Shown: positions 14,946-30,435, counted from the first letter of the stretch. The stretch: 64,000 nt of DNA from Eledone cirrhosa (GCA_964016885.1 OZ024740.1:78430001-78494000); one strand, 5' to 3'. Notes: generated from the letters alone by a model not told the origin. A program made the numbers and translations.

Positions 14946-15242
14946 TAGAAACGGTGGAGGTCAGTCCATTTTGTGACACACTATAAGAAGGGATGTAAAA
15001 GCTACAGTGACAGACGCCACAATTACTCTAATAACTTGTTAGATGGCACGTCTTTTACACAGTGCTCTAGCGTCTGCAAGTCATTGAGTCTAGCCAGGGC
15101 TTTAAGGAAGCATATTAACCAACCCACTACAACTGTAACTGTTAAACGTTTCATTGGATCTATTTATTGATTCATTTATTTTAATTATTTATTTATTCTT
15201 GTTCTGTTCTTCTATTGGTTTTAATCATTATACTGTGTAGGG

Positions 15243-15531
15243 CAGGCATGGGCAACTTTTTTCGAGAGGCGGGCCGCATGACATATGGTTCATCATCAGG
15301 CGGGCCGCAAGCGCTAATTTACATTCGTGCCCACATTAGAAAAAGGGCGGTAACTCAGGTTGTTTTGATTTGTTTCTTCAAGATTCGTACACGTTGTTTT
15401 CCTCGATCGTAAAAATGATAGAAAGATAAATTACGACTGAAAAGTTGGGGTAAAAAAATCAGAAATATTTCTCTTAGGTGACTTAGGCGAGCCATTCAGA
15501 AAGCTTCGGGGGCACAGGTTTCTCATGACTG
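15243..15531. mobile_element. hAT-type MITE
   Basis: TIR CAGGCATGGGCAAC / GTTTCTCATGACTG, GCGGGCCGC subterminal motifs, imperfect 8-bp TSD GTGTAGGG/GTCTAGAG. Confidence 0.5.
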
Positions 15532-16557
15532 GTCTAGAGTGTTGGACTTACGATCATAATGTCGTGGGTTTCATTCCTGGGCTGGGTTGCGTGTTGTGTT
15601 CTTTAGCAAAACACTTATTTCACATGGCTCCAGTATACTCAGCTGTAAATGAGTACCAGCAATAGCTGGGGGTTTAACCCTGCGATGGACTGGCGTCCTG
15701 TCCAGCGGGGAGTCCTATACTCTCAGTCACTTCATGCCTTGAAACCAGGATACGTACTGCCCTAACGAGCCTCTTGGCGTAAGACAGACTTTAGACATGC
15801 TGGGGCACCGCCTTGGTTTAGTCAATCATATCGACCAGAGTTCTATTTTAATTTTTTTTCAAGTCTGGTACTTATTTTATTGATTTTCTTTTTTTTTTAA
15901 CCACTATTTTACGGAACAGAAGTGCAGACACACACACACATACACTGACACACTGACACACACACACACTGACTCACACACACACACCTACACATACAGA
16001 GACAAATATATAAATATATATATCTGATTTAGACACAAAGCCAACAATGTTGTTTTTTTTTGGGGGGGGGGGGGTCGATTGAACCGACCCCAGTGCGTTG
16101 TTGGTATTTTATTTTATCGATCCCCCCGTAAGGATGAAAGGCAAAGCAGAAAGATTTATTTTTTTGTTGCCCGATCCAGCATCTTAAAATGGTCTTCTCA
16201 TTTAAATCGTGCAAAACCATTTTGCTGGTTTGAGAGATGATGAGGGTGAAGATGTGTGTGTATAAACTTGTCTTGTACATCACCTTTCTTTATTTCCTCT
16301 TCCGGTCACTTCCGTGCGTCAACACACTTCTCCTTGTCCTCCTCCTCTTTCAATCTTTTCTACAGTTCATCTGCCTGTCACCTACCTTGTGGATTGTCTC
16401 TGTATTGACCCCTGGCGGCTGGTCTCTGTCCTCCGAGGCATTTTTGTTTTAACGGCAGTTCTAGGAATAAGTTTCCTCATTTTTATATGTATTCAAATAC
16501 ACTCTCGCGTTGTCCGATCAGAGATAACGTTGTTCTTTTCCTTTATATATATATATA

Positions 16558-17361
<804 letters not shown>

Positions 17362-17369
17362 ATATATAT

Positions 17370-17400
<31 letters not shown>

Positions 17401-17467
17401 TATATATATAATATATATATATATATATAATATATATATATATATATAATATATATATATATATATA

Positions 17468-17591
<124 letters not shown>

Positions 17592-18980
17592 ATAAGAATA
17601 TTTATATTTATATATGTTTGATATAACTATAAATATGTAGGGTAGTACTAAGTACTAGCCGGTTACCCGTATGACAAAAGGCTCAATGCAAACTTTCAAG
17701 TGTTTTACAGAGCCGAGATACAAAGTGTTAAAACGATCAAATTTTAGTTTAGGACATTTATTTGCTGACAATTGTTTCTACCAAAGGGAAGTCTGAATTC
17801 ATCGGAGCATAGGGAATGTCGAAACATGTGACTAAAATCCTAGTCATTCAGAACATTTAGGGTACATAATTGTTGTTAGTGTCATAGGGATCATGTGGAG
17901 AGTCAGGAGTTAAAAAGATGTTATGCTTGAGAGAACACAATTACAGGCAGCACTGGTGGAAAGTGTAAGAGCATAAGCAAAAAGTACAGGCAAAAAAGTT
18001 ATAAACAAGGATAGACATAAGATATAAGATATAAGATATCTTAACATTGGAGAGCAGTTAATGTTAGGGGTGTACAATGCAGGAGTCAATACAGTCGATA
18101 AGGCATGTACGAGGAAAGAGTTATAATGCAGTTGAAGTAAACATATTTTGTGTGGGGTGTTAAAGCATGTTATAATTGTTAGAAATGTTTAAGATAGTGT
18201 GCAATTTGTTAGAGAAGCATGTGGTGATAATGTAGATATTTGTTATGTGAGGTGTAATGCAAAGCGCGAGATAGAGTTGGATAAGTGATTTTCATTCAAG
18301 TGTTTTTGTGTTGTAGTTCGTATGTATGTGTATATGTTGTTTGTAACTCACAGCTATTAACCATGGGATTATTTTGAGTCGTTTATAGTCAATAGGTGTT
18401 TGTTTGTTAAATGTAAATTCCACCGAATTACTGGCCATGTTGTTATTGTAGGTATATTATCTTATGCATTTTTTTTATCTACAAATTATCTTTTCTAGGG
18501 TTTGTATTAACCGTTAAGTTGAGAGAGAGGGAGGGTTAAGTTAAGAGAGAGAGAGGGAGACGGAGAGAGAGATATGTAAAATTCCGACCGCGGCGCCAAG
18601 TGGTTTCGGCTTGTGTGTTCAGCAATGCCTTTTCTCGACCGGTGCAAAGAGAAAGCAGTCAGTCAATCACCGGTTCGTAGGTGAGCCGACAAGGCTGGAG
18701 GTTGAGAACGTGTCGCTGCACGTCACGTCTTAATATACATCTATTCAGATAGATAGTCATATAGGTTGTTGGATAGGTAGGTAGACAGACGGACTAAGAG
18801 ATTGACAGATTGACAAACAGGCTGACGGACAGATAGTTACTGTTAAACTACTGACCAGCTAGAAGGTGGACATGCCTTGTAAACAGTGTGTGAGAGAGAC
18901 AGGTAGGAAGTTATCAAAACACACACAGACTCAATTTACCACTTCCCAAACAAATCCATCACAAAGTGATCAGGCCTTAT

Positions 18981-19050
<70 letters not shown>

Positions 19051-19053
<3 letters not shown>

Positions 19054-19149
19054 GGTGTTCCCCCAAAATGTATATATATTTTGATTACCTGTACAGGCAA
19101 TATTTATTAGAATACAGTTGAAGTACGTAGACATTTGTGGCACACCCTG
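19051..19149. mobile_element. Tc1/mariner-type mini-MITE
   Basis: TIR CAGGGTG...CACCCTG with TA flanks; sister copy at 25205-25293. Confidence 0.7.
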
Positions 19150-19264
<115 letters not shown>

Positions 19265-20235
19265 ATATATATATATGCTAAACTCGTCCTGTGGACTGAG
19301 TGCTCTTACCCTTGGATATTTCTACCAAACCTTTACTACAGTATATATATATGAGAGAAAGAAACACATTTTTCTTATTGTGCCGAGATAGATTTCATAA
19401 CAATAAGAAGACTCGTGTGATATGTTGCGATTTCACGCTTGATAACGTTTATAAAATAACACCTGGGTATTATATGACAATCCAACTTCAATGTGTTCTG
19501 GCAGGACCGACTGGTTAAGTAGTTTGCAATCATTTAGTTCCAATTTCAATCTCGCTGCGTTGTATCGTGGGCAAGTAACATTCAACGTGGCCTTGGATCG
19601 ACCCGTGACGTGTGAGTGAGTTTGTATTATTCTGGAATAGACGTACTAATTTGCATATAATTAGCGGTCGTGTTGGTAATTAATTAAGATATGTATTAAA
19701 AAGTGTGCTAACAGCCGAGGTGTATGATAAAATTATATCTGTATAAATACAAATGTGTAACCGAGACTGCACCAACGTGTATAAATATATACACATATCT
19801 AATATGTAGACATGTAAACATGCCAGAAAATAAGAATTTCCCAGTAAATAAAAAAAAAATGTTAAACGCCTTTAATCGATTTTCGGATCTAATTGGACGC
19901 TCATCCAATCAACAACCAGGGAACATGTATTTGATGGGTATATATACCCATTCGCTGTTAGTGTTATTCTGAAATGGACGTACTAGTTAGCACTCGTGTT
20001 AATTATTTATTAAGATATATATTAAAAATGCTCAAGCAGATGATATTTTGATAAAGTTATATATACTCATAAAATACATGTTTGATTGGAGGATATGACC
20101 GCCTTTAGTTAAGGGTCCAATTAGATCCGAAAATCAATTAAAGGCGTTTATCATTTTGTTTTTAATTTGAAGGGAAATTCATATTTTCTGGCATTCTTAC
20201 ATGCCAATATCTCAGATATATTCTCTAACCACTCA

Positions 20236-20448
20236 GGCGTGTGGCTGAGTGGTTAGAGAATTGCATTCGCAATCCTGAGGTTGTGAGTTCGATTCCCGGA
20301 CCGGGCGATGCGTTATGTCCTTGAGCAAGACACTTTATTTCACGTTGCTCCTTCTACCTGGAGTTGCGACCGATAGATAGTGCTAGCAACTGGAAAGACC
20401 AACGGAAACATTGTTTCCTCGGTCCGATTTGACGAAAGTCGATCGAGC
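20236..20448 (+). mobile_element. tRNA-derived SINE, family b
   Basis: TGGCTGAGTGG A box, GAGTTCGATTCCC B box, GTCCTTGAGCAAGACACTT motif; 5' half also at 29798-29882. Confidence 0.8.
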
Positions 20449-20498
20449 CTTTTATATATATATATATATGTGTGTGTGTGTATATATGTATGTATGTG

Positions 20499-20531
<33 letters not shown>

Positions 20532-20562
20532 GTGTGTGTGTATATATGTATGTATGTGTGTG

Positions 20563-20593
<31 letters not shown>

Positions 20594-20610
20594 GTGTATA
20601 TATGTATGTA

Positions 20611-20680
<70 letters not shown>

Positions 20681-20802
20681 TATATAAGGGTAAATATTGA
20701 TGCAATTCAATTCAAGCACTCAACGTACTTTTTCCACATAGGAGTGACGGAGTAAATATCGAATAAGGAAAAGCGAAGTAGTTTCAGATGTTCAAGTCTT
20801 TT

Positions 20803-20996
20803 AATAATAATTGTTTCTACTTTAGGCACAAGGCCAGCAATTACCCAGTGCATTACTGGTACTTTATTTTATCGACCCCGTAAGGATGAAAGGCAAAGTC
20901 GACCTCGGCGGGATTTGAACTCAGACCGTAAAGGGACGTAACTATGCCGGAAAGCATGGCGTCAGACCCTCTACCGATACTGCCAATCCACCGCCC
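20803..20996 (-). mobile_element. tRNA-derived SINE, family a (full length)
   Basis: GGCGGTGGATTGGCAG head to (ATT)n tail; TTTTAATAATAAT on both sides may include a TSD. Confidence 0.85.
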
Positions 20997-21010
20997 TTTT
21001 TAATAATAAT

Positions 21011-21084
21011 GCTGTGATATATATTTCAATGACGACACTGGCCACACTGTTCTGTGTGCGAGTGTCGTGTCATCATCAGACAGC
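21011..21084 (-). ncRNA. Hammerhead ribozyme in the 3' region of the Penelope-like element
   Basis: gctgt-CTGATGA-long stem II (acgacact...agtgtcgt)-GAA-ATATATAT-C-acagc; same strand as and downstream of the PLE ORF. Confidence 0.65.
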
Positions 21085-21180
21085 TTGTTACATAATAAGG
21101 TTGTTTCCGAGGCAATCCAAATTGAATCGACATGGGAACGGATGAAGTTCGTGCTTTTGGGTTTTTCATCCGTTCCCTTG

Positions 21181-21559
21181 TGAGTACCAATTCACCCCCA
21201 CCGGTCTGATATTTGATTTAGGATTTTAACTTTTAATTTTTATTTTTATTTCCAACTCTCACTCTTAACTTACAATGTAAAACCATAGTACCTAGAATTA
21301 AGTTTATTTTCCCTTATGAGTTGATGGTCAGTCTTACTGTCAACGCTTAGTGAAAGGTAGTATTATGACCTATAAAAACTAACACCCTCCCATCCCCTCT
21401 GGCTTTCGGCTGACTGCCACAGTAGTGATGGGTAGCAGTAAACTTTGGCAGGGCATAGGTGGGCCACTGACAGCGAATTTCGTTGAAATCTGCGGTGCTA
21501 ATGGTCAACTTCCCTCGGACATGCGCTTGCGCAGACCGGTGGGGGTGAATTGGTACTCA
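21181..21559. mobile_element. Putative MITE interrupting the PLE endonuclease
   Basis: Perfect 28-bp inverted termini TGAGTACCAATTCACCCCCACCGGTCTG; no clear TSD. Confidence 0.6.
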
Positions 21560-23226
21560 ATTCAGAAAGGACCGTACATTTCCTCTTATCTATTCTGTTA
21601 AAGGAATGGCGATGGTTATACCACCTACCTTTGAAGCTCGTCGCTGTGGATCCTATGTAGTGGTGCTCCAAGTTAGGGGTTGTGACCTTGCACCTGTAGA
21701 CTACGTTTTTCGCCATGCATTCATTACTAAGGGGGCATAGTGATGGGTCTCTGCAATTACATGACTTCTTAAGCCCCACCACATGCACCGCGTGGTTACC
21801 ATCACTAGGGGTTGACTGGGTAGCCTCTGCAATCAGCACAGGGTCGTTGGGTTCCGGTGTGCTAGTTGGGCCTATCCGGGTTCTGGTGCGTCCCGCATGC
21901 TGGTTCAGTTGGGTGGCTCCGGGGCTTACGGTGGTATTAGAGGTAGTGAGCCTATTCCTATTTATGCCAGCTATGTGCTGGGCTACGGAGCGTGTGGTTG
22001 AGTAGGAAAGTTTCACCGTGTGCCTGTTGAATATGTTATGGTACTTGTGGGCTCTAGGGAAACATTTATCCAGTACTCTAAAGAATGTTCTAGCCAGGCT
22101 GGTACGTAGACCCACCGAGTACGGAGGGTTATACCATGTAACCTTCCTGGTCCTATTCTTGCGGAGTTGTTGGGTGTCCGCCGTGGTCCATCGCGTGGTT
22201 GTGCACAGCTCAGGTCGAGCTCGGTTGGTGTCACTCAGGTGTGCGGAGCGGTCACTATCATGAGGATTATATGGGCCCACCGTGGGGCTATAAACCTGAG
22301 AGGTGCGGCCTCCCTGCTCAATTAGGGTTCGGCGGGTGGTGGGGCCGGTGCAGGGGTGCCTATGCTCCGCAGCACAGTGGTCTTCAGCATTGTAGGTATT
22401 AGACCGGTGGGGTATGCGGGACCTTCTACCAGGGGTGGTGACGGATAGGGGTCTGGCAGTGTTACTACTGATCACCGAGGTATTAGGTGAGCGACTCATG
22501 CCCCTGAGGGTATTGGTCCGGGGTACCCTTGGGTCATCTCGATCATGTCCCTTAGGGTTGTAGCTGATCCTATGGCTGTGGGACGCCTTAGCTAGCGCTG
22601 AGTTATAGTAATCAGCGTTACCATTGAAGATCTCTTTATTGGCCGACAAGTTAGAGTTCCTGTCAGAGACACTCTTAACTACGGCCTTAACTAGAGATCT
22701 AGGGTGATTGGACCCGGCGTTGATATACACCAGCTTCTCATTGGGTTTATGATATGGGTGGTGTAGCTTGGTGTTTAGGTTGAGGGTGATGTCCAGGAAA
22801 TTCACTACTTTTTCTATTGGGTTCCATCTCTACTTTAAGTCCTACCTTGCTAAGAAGTGCCTAATTCTCCTCTTCATATTTTCGACCATTGTGGTGCTGT
22901 GGTCCACTACGGTGAAGAGTGCGTCGTCTCGGTACAGCCAAGCACCCAGGTTGGGTATTTCTCTCCTGATCTCGTAGAGTATGTATTTCCCAACCAAGTC
23001 CGTTAGCTGCGCGGAGTCACTGGAGCCCATTGTAATGTCAAAATTATTTGGCCAGTCGCTCCGGGTCCATATGTCCCCACCGAATCGGATCAGGGTATTT
23101 CTGGCGGCCTGTATGATTCGGACCTCGTCGCGTGTTAGGTCTGTCCTATTCATCGCGAATATGAGTGCCTTGTTCAGGACTATGGGCGAGATAGAGGAGT
23201 AGTAATTGTTGATGTCTAGTTGTATG

Positions 23227-23227
<1 letters not shown>
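21560..23227 (-). mobile_element. Penelope-like retroelement, 5'-truncated: RT plus partial GIY-YIG endonuclease (inactive)
   Basis: LDINNYYSSI, FDITMGSSDSA, LYRDD, VNFLDITL, TWYNPPYS, SCNCR..CPL..C, VVY...YIGST...RWYNH. Two in-frame TAG stops near 22830-22844. 5' end abuts (TA)n. Confidence 0.9.
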
Positions 23228-23268
<41 letters not shown>

Positions 23269-23504
23269 TACATATATACCTACTTATATTCGTGAGTGCG
23301 AGCCTGTGTTGCGGGGTTTAGAATTAATAACGAGCAGATCATTACTATATGATATGTTGCTATCATGTATCACATGTTTATCTACATGATATCCGATCTG
23401 ATATGCTATATCAGATATCCTATATGACATAATTTATAATAAAACATTATTAGCTTATGTGAAAATGATGGCCGTCAAGCAGATTTTTATGTATCCTACC
23501 ATAT

Positions 23505-24412
23505 AGGCAACGAATTGGCAGAGTGGTTAGAATGTCGGATAGAATGCCTAATGTTACTCCTTCCGGCTCTTTATTCCCTGAGTTCAAATCCCGCCGAGGT
23601 CAACTTTGCCTCTCATCCGGTCGGGGTCGATAAAAATGTACCAGTCTAGTACTGGGGTCGATTCTTCCTCTATATCTCTTTCTCATTTCCCCTCTCTCAC
23701 TTTCTATTTTCCTCTGGATGAAATCTGCTGTACTCAGGCCTGGAAATAGATAGGCTCCGCCAGGCTTAAAATGCCCAAGAAACGCCGTATGTCACTACGG
23801 CAACTCTACGACTCTATCAGGAGTTACGAGACAATATATACATACATACTACCATATATGTCAGCGAATTGGCAGAATCTTTAGAACGTTGGATAGAATG
23901 ATTTGCGATATTCGTTCCGGCTCTTTGCACTCTGAGTTTAATAATCGTTGAAGTCAACTTTGCTTTTCATTCTTTTGGGGTTGGTAAAAGCGTACCAGTC
24001 TACTACTGAGGTCGGTTCTTCCTTTATATCTCTTCCTCACCTCCCCACTAGAGTACACAATTCTTTCTGTCACCACGGAATTACGTTCATTATTATATGC
24101 GTAGAGAGTCAGACACCATGCTTTACAGCATAGAGTTACAGCCCTTTACGGTCTGAATTCAAATGCCAACGGGGTCGATAAAATAAAGCACCAGTAACGT
24201 ACTAGGTCGATTTAATCGACTTTCCCCCCCCCCCCAAAATTACTGGCCTTGTGCCTATACTAGAAATCATTATTATACGGCCCTTGCCATTCTGAGTTCA
24301 AATCCTGCCGAGGTTAACTTTGCCTTTCATCCTTACGGGGTCGATAAAATAAAGTACCAGTAATACACTGGGATAATTGGTGGCCTTGTGCCAAAAGTAG
24401 AAACAATTATTA
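23505..24412 (+). mobile_element. Cluster of about four SINE family a copies or fragments
   Basis: Repeated GAGTTCAAATCC / GGGGTCGATAAAATAAAGTACCAG blocks. Confidence 0.75.
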
Positions 24413-25135
24413 TATCCTCGCTTCAGTTCAACAGTTCTACAGTTTATTGTGCTTCATTTTGTCGAAATAGAAATTTATGAATTACTCTTCCTTGTTCAAT
24501 TACCTACACACATAGGTAAAAAAAAAAAAAAAAATACAACAAACACCATTAACCAAAGGTCTGCTAGATCAGAGCTGATCTGCGACTAAAAAGTGAAAGC
24601 AACTACAATGTCCGGTTTAACACTACCCCGGACTCGAAGGTTATTTCAGCGTAGTCCAAACCGTTGCAAGAATTCGAGCCAGGCCCCAGGTTTTCTTTTA
24701 CTTTCATGTCCACCAATCTTGGAGACCTTAAAAATGGTTATGGGTACCACACTTCCCTTCTTGACTAAACAGTTGATAAAAAGAAAACTTGATTTCTAAT
24801 TTAGGCTGAAGGCCAGAAATTTGAGAAAGTCGATCATATTAACCCCAGTGGATGACTGGTACTTTATTTTATCAACCCTGGAAGAATGAGAGGCTAAGTT
24901 CACCGTGGGAAGGGGTACTCTTGGATATTAAATAGTTTGGGGATGGGTATGTATTTTAAAGAAAGAACACGCTCAGAGAAAGGGGGAGGTAAATAGCGAA
25001 TCTTACAAGATAAAGAAGTTTAGAATAGGTGGCGTAGATTGATAAGTCGCTGAGCAAAACGTCCATGTCTGTTTTCTTTACCAAGAAATGTCAACACAGC
25101 GTGGTTCATAAGCTTGCTTTCATAGCATATACACA

Positions 25136-25172
<37 letters not shown>

Positions 25173-25173
25173 A

Positions 25174-25204
<31 letters not shown>

Positions 25205-25207
<3 letters not shown>

Positions 25208-25293
25208 GGTATCCCAAAAAATGTATACACACTTCAACAGTATTCTAATAAATGTTGTAATCAAAGTGTGTATACATTTTTGGGGACACCCTG
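25205..25293. mobile_element. Tc1/mariner-type mini-MITE
   Basis: About 28-bp TIRs CAGGGTATCCCAAAAAATGTATACACAC, TA flanks. Confidence 0.75.
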
Positions 25294-25817
25294 TATATAC
25301 ATAAACAAAATTAGAATTTGGTATTGAATAATAATAATAATTGTTTCTACTTTTGGCACAAGGACAGCAATTCTCCAGTACATTACTGGTACTTTATTTT
25401 ATCGACGCCGTAAGGATGAAAGGCAAAGTTATCGATTCGTTTGCAAACAAACAGCTGCATTACGCCATGTTTTTTAGATGACCGCCATCATCCTTTTGTT
25501 CTAGCAGTGACATAGAGAAACAATACATACACACACACACACACACACACGCACACACACACGCATACACACGCACCCTCACACACGCACACACGCACAC
25601 ACGCGCACACACACACACTCACACACACGCACATGCTCACGCACACGCACGCACACACACGCGCACACACACGCACACTCACCCTCACACACGCACGCAC
25701 ACACGCACACATACACACACACACACACACACACTCACACACACACACACGCGCGTTAACCTAATATATCCCTTCCATATACTATACCGTTTGTGTTGTT
25801 ATTTCTGTTTACCTTTT

Positions 25818-25874
<57 letters not shown>

Positions 25875-26009
25875 AGGTGAGTTTTATTGTAGTACAATAA
25901 AGCAATGCAGATATCGGATAAGAAGCACTCAACAGTTTGTAGGACTGGAGTATACATAATATATAAGAACAAAAGATGGTTAAACTTTTAACCATCTTTT
26001 GTTCTTATA

Positions 26010-26099
<90 letters not shown>

Positions 26100-26166
26100 C
26101 AAGGTTTAGCAAATAAGAAAATGTTTTAAAATAAATTTTAAAAAATTCACTGTACCTGCTATGGTT

Positions 26167-26252
26167 ACCTTTACCGTACGGTTTCAAGTCTCAAAAATAA
26201 ATGGATAGTCCTTACGGGCCTCCATTGAAAAGAAAGACTCTCGTCAGAAGGT
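26167..26252 (-). ncRNA. Type I hammerhead with extended stem II (family G)
   Basis: acctt-CTGACGA-gagtct...agactt-GAA-ACCG ta CGGT-A-aaggt; element about 26097-26270 lies between (TA)n tracts. Confidence 0.75.
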
Positions 26253-26359
26253 TCTTTTCACTCGGAGAATATATATATATATATATATAACAGGATGGAT
26301 TCAGTTTGAAACTGGTTAGATCATTACTCAACAGAGTACTCGATACTTGGGGTAGTAGA

Positions 26360-26417
<58 letters not shown>

Positions 26418-26469
26418 TATATATATATATATACAGTATATATACAGTATATATATATATATATATACA

Positions 26470-26572
<103 letters not shown>

Positions 26573-27117
26573 CAGTGGAAGCCTATTATAATAACGGATA
26601 TTATCGAACGGATGTTATCTGGAAGGTTTCCATTGCGCACTCACTCATATATTAATATTTATATAGATATGTGGGTGTTTGTGTGTTATATTTACATATA
26701 TCCGTATATATGTGTATATATAACATGAATAAATAACCAGGGTTTAATTACAATGTTTAATAGATTTATGTGTGTGTGTGTGTGTGTGTGTGTGCATCTG
26801 TGTGTGTGTATGTGTGTGCGTGTGTGTCTGTGTGTGTGTGCATCTGTGTGTGTGTGTGTGCATCTATGTGTGTGTGTGTGTGTGTGTGTATGTGGTGGTG
26901 GGAGATGTGCATGTATATTATATACGCACATACAGTACGAATAAAAAGAAAAGATATTTACTTATGTGTCAATAAAAATGATATCAGAAATATTATATAC
27001 CCTATGAATAGATAGATAGACATACGCACACACACACACACACACCTACATACATACATACATACATACATACATACATACATACATACATACATACATA
27101 CATACATGCCCTTATGT

Positions 27118-27157
<40 letters not shown>

Positions 27158-27276
27158 GACATGGTTGTTTCATAAAGGCAATATTTACTGACATGAGTTC
27201 ATGTGTGTAGCTCAATACATAAAGCTAACCTTATCTAAATACATTTAGATAAGGGAAAATACTAGTAGGTAACACG

Positions 27277-27369
<93 letters not shown>

Positions 27370-27872
27370 ACACACACATGCACACACACACTCATACATA
27401 CAAGGCAGTCGACAGAAAGATTTATATTCAGAGTGAGACAGTTTTAGGGTTCCCACCCACCAATTATTATTAAAACACCCTAAAAAAAACGTCGTAATTA
27501 TTTATTACCAAAGATCATAGAATGACCAAGTTACAACGTTTTCAGAAGTACTTTGCGTACTTCCTTGCGTGTATACTTTTAAGGTCGTCATATAAACCTT
27601 TTCATACCACATGAACTTTTAAATTTGAACGAATTATTCTGGCTTAGCATAAAAAGAACTATGAATGGAGTAAACCCAACGTTACATAATATAAAGAATG
27701 GCGTGCTCATGCGCGGAGATGCTATAAGATAGCTTATAAAATAGAGTGTAGACTCTTAAAGAAGGAAAGAGCAGCCGATGATAACTTCTTTTTCCGTTTT
27801 TAAGGATCTTCACTCTATTTCGTAATCTATTTTAGAGCAAATCCGCACTTGAATACGTCATTCTTTACATTA

Positions 27873-27920
<48 letters not shown>

Positions 27921-27925
<5 letters not shown>

Positions 27926-28460
27926 AAATGGGGAGAAGAATACTGCAGGTTGCACATGGATAACATGTTATAAAATGAGTCCCTCATCAGTGATTTGCCA
28001 ACGATCATAGATATTTCATTGCATTAAAAATCATATACCTCACGTTGGTGCAATAATAACTAAATTAAGTTATTAGGACAATTAAAACGCGTAAAGCGAG
28101 TGAGACAAGTAAACAACAAAGAGGAAAGCTAACCGTAGATAGGAAGGGAACAAGCTACATAGTTATTCTGTTAGCATAAGCTAGGTGAATATATGAGCGC
28201 TTAGAAAAAAGACCTTTCGAGATGAATCCAAATGTAAGAAAGAAGGAAAATGTATTCGTCGCGAACGGGGTGAAGTGAGAAGGGGAGAAACAGTGAGTGA
28301 GTGAGTGGAAGTGTGAGGAAGAGTTAACTGACATGACAGAGGGGGCGAAAGGAAGTAGGAGAAACAGAGAGAACGAGGGAGCAGTAAGAGAGAGAGAGAG
28401 AGAGAAAAACAGAATCGCAGTTTAGGTAAATATATGTGAAAAAATGGGGAGAAGAATACT
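27921..28460. repeat. Interspersed repeat family H with partial tandem duplication
   Basis: Start TGAAAAAATGGGGAGAAGAATACT recurs at about 28437; a reverse-complement copy lies at about 47675-48150. Confidence 0.6.
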
Positions 28461-28747
28461 ATAAATTATGTCCATAGAATCATTTGATAAGATATATACT
28501 CCATCTCCTCTCCCAATTAGCATAATCAACCACACACAAAAACATTAAACCAGGCTATAAGATTAAAAGGCACCTATGAAGAAATAATAGATAAATAAAC
28601 GACAGCCATCTATTCGCGATCAACAGCTATAGAATATTTACCCAGCATTTCAATAGCACGTGGAAATCGATTAAATATATCGTCAACCATACACAATTAA
28701 GTATAAAATTAAAGTTAGAAGAAAAATGCATATACACATACCAGGAT

Positions 28748-28812
<65 letters not shown>

Positions 28813-30435
28813 CAAAGACGGTGGAACAGACGGTGGTTATAGCGAGCCTTAATTTTCCATAAAAACATAACAATACTGAGGTAGAGTGTGTAAATATTTA
28901 CTGTCAAGTAACTAGGCTAAGCGTGTTATGTGGTTTAAAGGACGATAGTTGAGCAATGGCGTACCTAACGATAACAGAGTTGGGCGATTAGTAATGTTTA
29001 AATAGGCTTCAGTGGTAAAATCACAGAGATCAGAAAATAGATCCAGTCTATTTTCTTTTATTTGATTTGAACTGGAAAATTATCGTATTTCATTCACATT
29101 AAAATAAATCTTGTATTTTATTTGAATTTAAAAGTAATATTTTCATTATTACTATATTTTTGTATGAATTTTGTTACCCAAGTAGAAAATAGATTTTTAA
29201 CTATTCATAGCTATTAGACAAGTGACTTAAAATATGAAAATATTTTATTAATATATTTGTATATATATATGACAAGTAAGTATGTTTTGAAACAGCGAGC
29301 GAGTTTGAAATTAGAAATAGAAGCCTTCACCGCATTTTTGACTAAAGAAATTTTGGCCTGATAGTGGGGTCTAGAACCCCCAAAGAAATGGAAAAAGATG
29401 AGTATCTTTTTCCATTGCAACTTGCCAATCTCTACCTTACTACCCTCCTGTTGATCGCATATCACGTGATAGTTCTTCCATTTGAAATTTTCACTGGTAG
29501 CGAAAAAGAAGGAATTTTTCTGTCTGGAATATTCTTCCTTGACTGAGAAAGTCTCCTGTTGATTTGGGATTTCCCGCAATACTCCACTCGGAATATCGTT
29601 ATTTTCTCAATGAAACAGCAGTAGGCACATTAAAGTATCTTGTTTGCTTTACCCAGATATGATTATATTAAGCTCTGAATGGGTTGATCTTTGTTAATTC
29701 TTTCATAGAGCAAAACTTAGTAACGGCTGAACGCCTTTGAATGTATCTATACTTGTGTAAAGATATACATATTCTTCAATTAATTTGTAATTAATATATG
29801 GCTGAGTGGTAAGAGAATTGGACTCTCAATCGTGAGGTTGTGAGTTCGATTCCTGGACCGGGCGATGCGTTATGTCCTTGGATAACATCCAGAGCTCGGC
29901 TGGCCTCGCTTGGGATCATTTGGAAACAGTTGTTTCTGACAGGATCTGCTGGAAGGAGTGTTTGAGGACTCTTCCCGCACGAACCTCTCAGGAATAATTG
30001 GACGAAAAAGATATATACATATATATGGGGGGGGGGGGGGCGTACCCGCGTGTGTGTGTGTGTGTGTGTGTGTGTGTACATATATTAAAAGCTACATCAT
30101 GTGTAATATCGTCATAAAAATAACTATATAGTCCTTCAAGGCGCATAGAGAGGCCTTTTGCCACTTGTTGAATATTTCGCAGTGCGTGTGCGCGGGATTA
30201 CATTTATATATATATATGTGTGGGGTGGGGTGGGGGAGTGTGTGTGTGTGTGTGTGTGTGTGATGATGGTAATTCTTCATTCAATAAATATTTATGTATA
30301 ACAACACTGTTTCATTACAAATTCCTCTGTATTAGAATATCTTTTACAATAAAACTATGTCAACGGCAGATTGATCATGTGTATAATGTATTTATGTCTC
30401 TGTGTGTGTATGCACATCATACATGAACACACACG

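Noticed and set aside
14117-14986. Poly-Thr/Ala/Val ORFs resembling mucin or membrane proteins
   Set aside because: Trinucleotide repeat artefact with no splice or domain evidence.
20236-20310. tRNA-like sequences with A and B boxes
   Set aside because: They are SINE heads continuing into SINE bodies; no complete cloverleaf was seen.
21498-21559. C-terminal tail STNSPPPVCASACPREVDH of the 435-aa ORF
   Set aside because: Read-through into the inserted inverted-repeat element, not PLE protein.
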